This document shows positions 54,284 through 64,000 of a stretch of DNA of 64,000 bases, one piece after another. Where the stretch lies: contig CAWJTV010000005.1 in NCBI GenBank assembly GCA_963845755.1, positions 783,861 through 847,860 on the forward strand. The letters run 5' to 3'. Source of the stretch: an uncultured Planctomycetota bacterium. GTDB lineage: Bacteria; Planctomycetota; Planctomycetia; Isosphaerales; Isosphaeraceae. A model generated the notes under the pieces. The model saw nothing but the letters and a program-made list of their open reading frames with translations. It ran no database searches and was not told the DNA's origin. A program made the position numbers and the translations under genes. Every line of letters begins with the position of its first letter. Positions within the stretch are counted from its first letter, which is position 1.

Positions 54284-57200
54284 CTAGACAATCCGGACCC
54301 GCTGCCCGGCCCGGACCTGCTCCAGGAGGCGTTCCCGGATGCTCGCGACGAGCGACTCGACCTCGGCCTCGGTCGCGACCTCGCGATTGCGGATGCCCAG
54401 ATCGACCTTCACGATGATCGGACGCGTCCCTCGCTGAGGATCCCGTCGAGCCGCTCGTTCGCCTCGTCCTCGGCCCGCTTGAGCGCGACCTCGAACGGTT
54501 CTTTCAACGAGGTCAACGACGGAGCGACGGCCTCGGCGGTCGTACTCGTGACCGCGTCCGTTAACGGGCGGAGCACCTTGTGAGCCTGATCGGCCGTGAG
54601 CGTGCCGAACCCGTCGCGAGCCTTCACCCGGCCGCGTGCTTGCTCGACGAGCTGCTCCTGCCACCGGAGCAGCCTGGCCCGCTCGGCGACGTACGCGGCG
54701 CGGACCGCTTCCAGGTCGGACGCGATCGCGCCGATCTCGCGCCACGGGCGATCGAGCTTGAGCTGGGCCTCGATCCTTGAGCCGCCTGCGCGGCCTCGCC
54801 ATCGAGCGCCCGACGGCGCGGAGCTGGGCGAGCGTGGTGCTCGCTGACCGTCGCCGCGTCACGCACAGCCCGGACCGCCTCGTCGGTGAGCTCGGCGTCG
54901 AAGACGTTCAGGAGCTTCACGCCGTCCTGGAGTGGCTCGAGGTGCTTCTTCACCAGCATGACCGTCGGCTTCGTCTGGCGGCAGCTCCGGACGCACTGCT
55001 CGAACGCGTCGTTCAGCTTCGTGAGCTCGGTCGGGGTGTGCTCGGGAGCCGGGAAGCTTGTCGAGCTGGGACAGTACCGTGCGCAGCCGCTGGGCCTGGG
55101 CGGGGAAGAGCTGCGCGACGGCGTCGGCGATCGCGTTGTCCTCGCGCTCCATCGGATGCTTGAGCTCGCGCTCGAAGAACTTGCAGATCTTCGCCCGGGC
55201 CGGGACGCCCACGTCGTCATCGCCCGCGGGGAAGATAGGAGGCCCGGCGGAAGTCGCGGTCCTTCTCGAACAGGTCGCGTACGCCCGCGTCGCGGACCGC
55301 CGTGATCTCGCCTCCACCCTCGGGCTGGATGCGGATCTTCCCGCCACGGAGGAGCCCCGCGACGCAGGCCTTCACCACGTTGGGAGTGTAGCCGTACGGC
55401 GGGCCTCCGAAGTGCGCGAGCAGTGCCGTACCGCTGACTCCGCCCTCGGATTCGACGTGCTCGAGAACGCGACGCGGGACCACCCCGCCGCACGCCGCGA
55501 CGTAACGCCCTGAGTCGAGCTCGAGGATGCCGAGCTCGCCCGTGAGGAACTTGGGCGACGGGCCGGAGAGCTCGTGTTCGACGAGCTGCAGCAGCTCGGT
55601 CGGCACGACGGCCGTCGCCACGAAGTGCGGGTAGAGCTCGGGCAGCGCCCGGTTGCCGGCGGCGAGCAGGGCCTTGGCGAACGAGTCGCCGTGATCCTGC
55701 GGCGCGATCGAGCGGCCGCGGAAGTAGAAACGCCCGTCCAGCCAGGCGGCGGCCACGGCGTCGCGGAGCTCGCCCTGAAGGTCCTCGGCGCGGTTCTCCT
55801 CCTGCTGCAAGAGCAGCTTTCGCGCCGGCACGAGCGACTCCCGTCGCGGCCGATACTTCGCGACCATGGCACGGGACCGCTGGAGCTCGCGCGCCTGCTG
55901 CTCGACCTGGTCGGTGTCGCCACACACCCAGACGAGCCGGTCGTGGAGCGCCGTCTCCGCACTCTTCCGCACCCAGGAACTCTCGGTGCGCTCGTCGAGG
56001 ATGAGGAAACGGAAATCGACCCGGACGGTCGCCTCGTCTCGCGGGTCGGCAAGGGTTGCGTCCTCGACCCGGCGGCCGTCGGAGAAGACGCCGGCCCAGG
56101 GGAAGGATCGCCCCTCGAGCCGCGGGCGTTCCGGGGACGGCGAGCAGGAACTTGAGCGACTCCTGCAGAAGCTCGCCGATCTCCTCGCGCGGGACGCCGA
56201 TGTCCCGCCGCTCGCGCTCCCACTCCTCGCCGGCCGTCGATTGGATCTTGTAGCCCTGCTTCTCGGAGTAGCCGAGGAGGTTCCGGCGGCGGAGGTCTTC
56301 GAGCGCCTCGGTGATCTCGTTCACCCGGCTGCCGCGGTCGACCTTGTCATAGAGGCATTGCGCGACGAGCTTCGCGTCGGTCGGCACGACGCTCCTGGAT
56401 GAGCTCGAGGAGCGCCACGGTCTTCGCCACCTTCCGGGTGAGGTCGGTCGGGTCGTTCGCGCACTGGTTGAGGATCCGGGCCATGCTCGCCTGGACGTCC
56501 GAGTCGAGCGCGGTGTGCTGCACTTCGTAGACCTGGTCGAGCGTCACGAGCGAGCCGACCTCCATGTCGGCGAGCTTGCGGTCGCGGAAGAGTTCGCCGA
56601 GGAGCTGGAGCAGACCGCGGATCGCCTGGTCGTCCCCCTGTGCCCGTGCCGACCGGGTGCGGAGCGCGGTCGTGATCTGGAGGAGCAGGTCGACGTGCCC
56701 CGGGAGCATCGGGTACACCTCGACGAACTCGTCCGCGGTGATCTGGTCGCAGCCGTAGGCATAGAGCTTGAGGTCGGCCCGGTGCTTCTCGAACATTGCG
56801 CGGAGCTGCGCGTCGACTTCCGGCCGCTTCTGGAGGAGCCGCCGGTGGACGACGTCGCGGATATTCGTCGGCGGCGAGGTGCACGCGGAGCTTGGGCGGA
56901 AAACGGTCCTTCGCCCAGACAAGGAAGGAGTCGTCGGCCTCCTCGTCGAGCTTCTGCTGCCCGAGGGCGACGAGCCAGGCCTTGCCCTTGAGCCCGGAGC
57001 CGAGGGCCGTCGCGAACGCTCGGAGCCGATCGACGCGATCCTTGTTCGACAGGACGTACTGCGAAACCTCATCGACGACGAGGAAGAGCGTCGCCCCGGG
57101 CCTCCGGAACTTGAGCATATCGCGGATGGCGGCAACCGCGTCTTCCGGCGACTCGCCCTTGGGATTCGTCCCGGCGCGGCTCATGTACCAGCTCATCGGG

Positions 57201-57907
57201 TCGGTGTACTTCTCCGGATAAAGCTCGGAGAGCACGAGCGAGAAGTCCTCCTCGGCGAGCTGCTTGTCCTTGTGCTCGGACCAGGGTCTGCCGAGCACCC
57301 TGGCGGCGGTTTCCTCGAACCGCTTCCACTCGTTGTCGCGTTCGAGCTTCAGCTCGAAGTCGGCGACGAGCGGCTCGGTCGAGCAATAGCCGAGCCGCTT
57401 CTGGACCTGGCGGACGGCGGCGGCGTGGATCTGCTCGTTGTCGCGGGCGATGCCCCCGATGTCGAAGACGACGGCGAGCGGCTCGACCTTCCTCCGCAGT
57501 TCGTTCCAGGCTTTCCTGAGTTCCTCCGCGCGCGGGGTCAGGTCGCGGCGGAGCAGAGCCTCCGCGAGCGAGTTGCCGTCAGGGAGGGCAACGCCATCGA
57601 GCGCGAGCCCGAAGAGCTTGGCGAAGCTCGACTTTCCCGAGCCGTAGAACCCGGAGATCCAGGCGTTCGGTAACTCGGGCCCGCCCGGCTTCCCCAGTTC
57701 CGCGGTGATCGCCTGCAGCAGCTTCACATATTGCTCGTGGATGCCGTCGGGCACCCGGCGATGATTCGGATGGTCCTCCGGCCAGCCCCCCGTGATGATG
57801 TATTCCGAGACCTCGCTCGCGAGCTTCTCCGGCGTCTGCTCGTGGAAATAGACGACGGGCGGGATGTCGCGCGTCACGTCGGAGAGGAAGAGGTCGCGGA
57901 TGATCAC
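54284..57907 (-). CDS. brxC: BREX P-loop ATPase BrxC; multiple indels
   Basis: IRDLFLSDVTRDIPPVVY, EVSEYIIT, Walker A WISGFYGSGKSSFAK, Walker B FLVVDEVSQY, FVEVYPMLP. Confidence 0.9.
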
Positions 57908-57915
57908 GGGGTGCC

Positions 57916-58561
57916 TCACGGATAGATGCGTGGCCGATAGTCGTTGTCGGGGTTCAGCATCCCCATGAAGGAGAGCCCCGTCGTCCTGGCGGCGCTTGCC
58001 CGGGTAGAGCAGGACCACCGGCACGTTCCGCGTCCGGCCGTCCAGGTGGCGGAGCAAGGCCGAGGTGCGGAAGAACGGGTAGATCGCCCCGGCCCGACCG
58101 ATCAGGGCGAGCGTGCGGTCGACGAGATCCGGATTGCGGTCGGCGTACTCGCAGATGACGCGGCTGCAATCGGCCGCGATGCCGTCGGGCCCTTCGATGA
58201 GCGGGGTGAGCTTGTTCTTCAGGTAGTTCAGCCCCCGCTCCGGCGCGACGCCGGCGGTCTTTCGCTCCATCTCGATGACGCGGCGAACCCACTCGTCGCC
58301 CTGCGCGCGGACGCGGTCGAGCAGGAGCTTCTGCAGGTTGATCGAGAACACGACCCAGCCGTTCGCGATGAGCTCCGTGCTCAGCTTCCGGACTTCGGCA
58401 CGGAGGTCGAACTCGTCGCGCGGCGCGTACTGCACGATCGCGAATCGGTAGTTCCGCATCGTGCTGATCCGCGGCCCGTCTTCCTGGATGAGGTCGCGCC
58501 GCAGCGCGGAGAAGGCTTCCTGGAGCGGCGTGCGGTCGAAGAGCGGCGTATTGCTGCTCAT
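57916..58561 (-). CDS. brxB: BREX protein BrxB; indel near the 3' end
   Basis: MRNYRFAIVQYAP, GAIYPFFRTSALL, VPVVLLYPG and terminal DYRPRIYP; position before brxC. Confidence 0.85.
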
Positions 58562-59352
58562 CGCATCCCTCCCGCTCGCGCGCGAGGCGGCAGGGACAAG
58601 GACGACGCCCACTCTTCGAGTCCTCCGAATCGCCCAGCCGAAGTCCACGAGGTCTCCCTGGCGACGGAAACCGGAGCGACGGAGAGTCCGCGGAGTCGGT
58701 CCTCGAGATGGCCCCCCTGGAGACCCACGGACGCGAGGTACGGGTTCTCGAGGAGCGTGCCCTCGAAACTGCACGCCCCGGAGGAGGTACATGAGGTAGG
58801 TGAGTGCCGGTTCGCTCGACCCGGGGGAACTGCGAGCGGCCGCGGGTCGCGGTTCGAGACGATGAGGCCGGCTCCGTGGGCCGACGAGAGGAGCTTGCTC
58901 GCGAACTGGATCCGCGTCGCCATGTTCCACCGCCCGGACGTCCTGCTCGCCGACCCAGGCGACGGCGAGGTCGTGCGTGACGGTCGGGCGCGAGCCCGCG
59001 TGGCGGGCCACGAGGAACGAGCCGGTGAAGGCGCGGTAGAGCGGGTCGGAGAGCTGGACGTGCCAGTGGCAGATGAGCCGCCGCGTGTCCGGGTCCATCT
59101 CCTCCCACTCCGGAGAGGGCCCGGAGTGCCGCGGGGTAGGCGTCGTAGCGGGCGCGGAGGTTCGCCATCAGCACCTCGATCCGGCCAAGGCTGCGGGCGC
59201 CGAACCAGTACTCCTCGAACGCCCGGCGGGCGGTCGTCTCCTCCGACGGCACCCGGCGTGGGCCCAGTAGGCGCGCGAGAGTCTCGACCTCGAGCGTGCA
59301 CTTGAGGAGCCGGGTGTGCATCACTGTCGCTTCGCGAGGGTCGGTCCGTCAT
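58558..59352 (-). CDS. brxA: BREX protein BrxA-like; multiple indels
   Basis: HTRLLKCTLE, AFEEYWFG, ICHWHVQLSDPLYRAFT, WNMATRIQFASKLLS; ATGA-coupled between brxE and brxB. Confidence 0.75.
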   Translation of the reverse strand: MTDRPSRSDSDAHPAPQVHARGRDSRAPTGPTPGAVGGDDRPPGVRGVLVRRPQPWPDRGADGEPPRPLRRLPRGTPGPLRSGRRWTRTRGGSSATGTSSSPTRSTAPSPARSSWPATRARARPSRTTSPSPGSASRTSGRWNMATRIQFASKLLSSAHGAGLIVSNRDPRPLAVPPGRANRHSPTSCTSSGACSFEGTLLENPYLASVGLQGGHLEDRLRGLSVAPVSVARETSWTSAGRFGGLEEWASSLSLPPRARAGGMR

Positions 59353-59959
59353 GTCCCCCTCCTGTAGTGCGGGAGCGGGTACTCGTCGCCGAGCGGCGGC
59401 GAGGGCCGCGACGAGCTTCTGGACAAGGAGCCCGAGCGATTCCGGCGGCTCGCCCTTGAGCCGGCGGCCGACCGGGGCCGTGACGAAGTCGGCCTCGCCG
59501 TGCGCGCGGACCCAGTCCAGCGAACCGCTCTCGGCTGCCATCGATCGGAGACGACCTTGCCGAGGCCGGGCAGCGCCTGGAGCGGATCTTTCCCCGACGC
59601 CTTCAGCTCCTGGAGCCGTTCGTCGAGTCGCTCGTCCACCTCGAAGCCGAGCCGGAAGAGCGAAAGGATCCGGTCCGGGTCGTGGTCCTTCGCCCGCGCC
59701 TCGGCGTCTCGTCCGCCGGGCGGCCTCGCGTGCGCCCTGGAGGGTCGCCCACCGCCAGGTTCGGGGAAGGAGGCGCTGGAACAGGTCCTCGCCGCCGAAC
59801 TCGCTCGTCAGGTCCGACCGCCACCAGCCGAGCCGGCGGCTCCTCTCCCGACTCGCCGGCCCAGGCGATCGCGAGCTGCGCCATCGAGGACCCGGTCGAG
59901 CTCCGAGCGCGGGATCGGCGAACGTCTGGGACGGGAGCGTCTTCTCTAGTCTCCGCCAT
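59349..59959 (-). CDS. brxE: BREX type 6 protein BrxE; multiple indels
   Basis: AQLAIAWAGESGE, DERLQELKASGKDP, YPLPHYRR; first gene of an operon in type 6 gene order. Confidence 0.72.
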
Positions 59960-61529
59960 GGCCAATCCGCCTCCTGCTCGCTGGCGGCGGACCGCTGTCA
60001 CGCCGTCAGTCCGGAGCCTGAGATCTCTTCGTGCCGCGGAGCCGTCCCACTTGAGGACAGGGCATCATTCGGCCGCTGAACCAGGACCTGAGATCTTCCT
60101 CGATGACGCCGGAGTAGCTCCCGATTTCTTCCACTGATATTCTAAGAACCAGCCACCGCGCCCGTTCAACGCATGCAGACGCGTGTGCCACACATTGCTT
60201 GTAGTCGTTTGTACAAGGGCTGGCGTTCGTGGTCAATCTCGATGATCGCTGCTGAATAGGGTTTATCGAATCCCGGGGTGATCGCCAGCGGTAACGGAGC
60301 CTGTTCCGAGCCGGGTTCCCGCCGTTCGCCGGACCGTTTGGACGTCAGAAGAAGACGAAGTCCCTCATGGTTCGACTCGAAGGGTAGCGACCTGGCCTTT
60401 CTCGGCCAGCTCGCCGATCAGGGCGCTTCCGGCGAACGCTGGATCGGACCTACCCGCTTGAATGGGCACGGGAGGCGGCCAGGATGAGAACCATCGCAGC
60501 CACGTGCGAGGCGAGATCGTGTTGGAGGCCGGGTCCTGAAGGTCTCATTCACGGTGGTTTCGAAAGTTCAGGAACCAGCGGGCTGATCGGGATCCTTCCA
60601 CCACCCAGTCGCAGGTCGAACTCAGATCTCGACGTTCCGCGAGCAAACGATGCCGTCCAGGAGGAGCACGCTGAAAGCCAGCACGGCTATCGTGATGCGT
60701 TCCGGCGTCCAGATACGGGGCTGGGATTCCGGCATTCTATTCCGTCCTTCGATTACCAATGCCGCCCGCCATGGGAAACGGCGACCCGTTTGAGGTGATT
60801 GATGGCATCGAGCCACTCCCGCAGAGCCTTATCCATCCGGACCTTGCCACCGTCCCTCTCGCCGAATACGGCCTCGGAGATGCCAGTGGCGATTCATCGT
60901 CCGGCCCCTGCGGGCCCTCGGACATCTGATAACACAACTTGTTCGTGAGGACCTCGCCAATTGCTCATAGGCATCGCGGAAATTGGGAGGGCAGTCCGCT
61001 ATCGATGGCGTCCGCAAGATCGCCTGCTTGAGCCTCGTGGCGAGGCGTGCCGGCTTTTCGCCGAATTGCAATTGAGAGTTCGACTGTATCGCCATGATGA
61101 GTTGTTCCAGATCACGGCGTCGACCTTCGGGGCCGCGTCGTTGCGGAACGGGTTGTGGAAGATGAGAATCGCCGCAACGGTCGCGACGATCCAGCCCCAG
61201 TCTTTGATCGCGGCCTTATGGTTACTTCCCTCGCGGGGTGTAGCACCCGGTCGCGTGGCGCCGCCCGAATACGGCCGGGGCTTGCGCCGCGTCTGGGTTT
61301 GCAGCGGCGGCGAACCACTTGGTTGAGTCTCACGACGATTTTTCTTGTCGGTGGATCTGCGGTCGCGATGGATCGGCCGCGATCCTGGATCGTCTAGCCG
61401 GACATGCCCTGTCCTCGGCGAGAAGGCGCCGCAGACAGGGCCGATCCTGGATGAGATCATAGATCAATCCGTCCGTGTAAACAATAGGTTACCGACAGGA
61501 TCTCACCGGATCGGCTACGTTCCGGCCCA

Positions 61530-61768
61530 TGATGGGCCGGGAGCTAAGAAAAGCGCGGGAACGTGCCGGGATCACCCAGGAAGAACTCTCGTTCCGGGCC
61601 GGCCTCTCACGTCCCTATATCAGCCAGCTCGAGCGGGACCTGAAGTCGCCGACGATCGACACCCTGTTCCGGATCTGCGACGCGCTCAACGTCCGGGCGG
61701 CGGATGTGGTCCGGCGGGTCGATGCCGCGCAGGAAGCGGAAGGCGGGTCCGTGAGAACCGGCCGGTAG
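61530..61768 (+). CDS. XRE-family helix-turn-helix regulator
   Basis: LRKARERAGITQEELSFRAGLSRPYISQLERDLKSPTIDTLFRICDAL. Confidence 0.9.
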
Positions 61769-61864
61769 TTCCAGTCGGAGAAGGCCATGCGCATGCCGAT
61801 TGCTTCCGCCTCGGGGAACTGCCCTGCGGGCAGCATGCGGGAGCATCGAGAGCCGGCTCGTCGA

Positions 61865-63883
61865 TCACAAGGCTGTTCGACAGGCGGGTGAGGCTAACCG
61901 ATCCGAGCCCTGGCCTTTTCGTCCTTCTCGCCCCTCCCCTGGTTCCGCGCGTCCGCGGTTGCCGGCCCCTCGTTCCCGGGCGAGGAGCCGGGCGAGGGAT
62001 GAGCCGCCGGGGAGGCCCCTTAGGCCCTTGACGAGGGCGTTCTCGATCCCCTGCCAATTCTCTCCGGGCGCCTCCAGGATCGGGCCCGATCGGCAGTTCG
62101 GCCATCGTCCCTGACGGCCGAAATGGGCGTCAGCCCAGGCGAGGATCCGGCCTACGGTGATCGGCGGAAGGTCATGGATGTTTCGGACCCCGCGACGCTC
62201 GGCCAGCAGGCGGGCCAGCGAGGAGCCTCCCCGCAGACCGCGACCTCCCTGGTACAGGGCGTGGTGGACCCGACTCCACGTCTCCCCCGGGGCCTCGGCG
62301 ATCGGGCCTGACTGGCTCGTCGGCCACGCGCCATGTCGAACGTGGTACGCGTCGGCCCAGGACAGGATGTCCCCGACCCGGAGCAGCGGGAGGGCCTTCT
62401 CGTTGGGCACGCCCCGCTCCTTCGCCAGCAGCCGGGCCAGCGACGAGCCGCCGGGGAGCCCCCGCAGTCCGTGGTAGAGGGCGAGCCGGACCGCCTGCCA
62501 GGTCTCGCCCGACGCCCCGACGACCGGGCCGGACGTGATCGTCGGCCATCGGCCGGTCCGCTCGTGATGGGCGTCGGCCCAGGCCAGGATCTGCGTGATG
62601 GTCAGCGGCGGTGGCGAGTTCCGGTTCCTGACGTGACGCCTCTCGACGAGAAGATTCGCCAGCGACGAACCGCCCGGCAGACCCGAGGCCCGTCCGCAGG
62701 GCCGACTGCACACCCAGCCACGTCTCGCCGGGGGCCTCGGGGATCGGTCCGGACTGTGCCGTCGGCCACCGGCCGTGCCGGGCATGATAGGCGTCAGCCC
62801 AGGCGAGGATCTTCTTCTCACTCAGGGGTTTGAGGTGGCCCTTGCTCCGCACGCCGCGCCGCGTGACCAGCAGGTGGGGTAGCGAGGAGCCACCCGGCAA
62901 GCCACGCGACCCGTGGTTCAGGGCGGCATCCACACGCTTCCAGGTCTCGCCCGGGCGAATTCCCCGATCGGCCCCATTTCAGGCTGGGGCCAGCTCCCGG
63001 TCCGCCGTCGGTATTCGTCGGCCCAGGCCAGGATCCGCCGGAGCGTCAGCCGGGGCTGGGCCAGGTGATGGAAGACGCCGCGCCGGGCCGAGAGGAGGCG
63101 GGACAGCGAGGAGCCGCCCGGCAGGCCGCACCGACCCTCGTGCACGCGCGTTGTCCACTGCGGCCCAGTTGATACCCCCGAGCCCGGGGATCTCGCCGGA
63201 GGTCTGCGTCGGCCAGCGCCCCGACCGCTCATGCCAGTCATCGGCCCAGGCCAGGACCTGCTCCTCGTTGAGAGTGAGCCGTGTGATGACCGGCAGGACC
63301 CCGCGCTCGGCGGTCAGGAGCCGGGAGAGCGACGAACCGCGGACGAGGCCGCCACGGCCGCGTCGCAGGGCGTTGTCCACGATGGCCCAGTTCAATCCCT
63401 CGATGCCGGGGATATCGCCGGAGTCGGATGTCGGCCACTCGCCGGTCCGCTCGCGCCACTGGTCGGCCCAGGCGAGGATCTGCGCGACGGTGAAACGGGC
63501 ACTCCTGGGATTGTATCGCCCGCGATGCTCGGCGAAGAAGCGGGGGAGCGTCCCGCCCGGTTCGAGGCCCCGACCGCCAAGGGCCATCGCCGCCTCGACG
63601 GCCATCCAGGTCTCCCCCGGCGACTCGGGGATGGGCCCCGATCGCCAGGTCGGCCACCGGCCGGTCCGCTCTTGGTGGGCGTCGGCCCAGGCCAGGACTC
63701 ATCCTCGTCGAGCGGGGGCGGATCACGCCGCTCCCGGAGATCTTGGGCGACGAAGTCGTGCAGGAACGCGAACCAGCCGTTGGGCCTCTCGAGGTGCCGT
63801 CTCGCCCGGGCCGGTCTGGCCTTGCTCCTGGCAGCTTTCCGGCGAGCCGGGACTTGCGGATCGATCGCTCGGCGGTTTGCCAT
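61865..63883 (-). CDS. Uncharacterised protein of eight ~74-aa tandem repeats; about four indels
   Basis: Unit ILAWADxxxxRxGxWPxxxSGPIxxxPGETWxxVxxALxxGxRGLPGGSSLxxLLxxxRGV recurs about every 222 bp across ORFs 62979-63605, 62918-63241, 62172-62933 and 61865-62821; basic N-terminal leader from ATG 63883. Confidence 0.85.
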
Positions 63884-64000
63884 GATTGAACCCCTCGTGA
63901 ACTCGCTCCGACGACGACCCCTCGATGCCCGACACCCGATCGTTGCCCTTCCTCTCGAAGCAACCCGAAGGATCACCGCCTGAAGAACGGGCGATTGACA

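Noticed and set aside
56321..59098. 925-aa BrxA-BrxB-BrxC fusion in the ORF track
   Set aside because: Produced by indels; separate starts, stops and ATGA overlaps are visible at the gene junctions

Overview
High-GC bacterial DNA whose gene content (DUF1549/DUF1553-DUF1501 cluster, PVC-type CxxCH haem protein, long signal peptidase I, Ser/Thr kinase-ATPase) points to a planctomycete, probably Isosphaeraceae-like (inference). Many genes, including conserved ones such as lepA and lepB, are split by single-base indels, most simply uncorrected long-read errors, so coordinates given for split genes are reconstructions. 1-36.8 kb is mostly core/accessory chromosome: lepA-lepB, asnS, ferritin, TetR, an oxidoreductase, an ISAzo13 element inserted in a family of GTAG-headed heptamer repeats, and an EACC1-like + caspase-PAS-methyltransferase pair. 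36.9-39.1 kb is a mobile-DNA hotspot: an IS4-type MITE with an 11-bp target duplication, an IS630, and the 3' half of a tRNA-Ala(TGC) that looks like an att site. To its right lies a defence island: a DUF3883 nuclease with a ScoMcrA-like head, Mrr, a complete type 6 BREX locus (brxE-A-B-C-pglX-pglZ-brxD-brxHI), an XRE regulator and an uncharacterised protein made of eight ~74-aa tandem repeats with hypervariable positions. The best novelty candidates are that repeat protein and the caspase-PAS-methyltransferase module.
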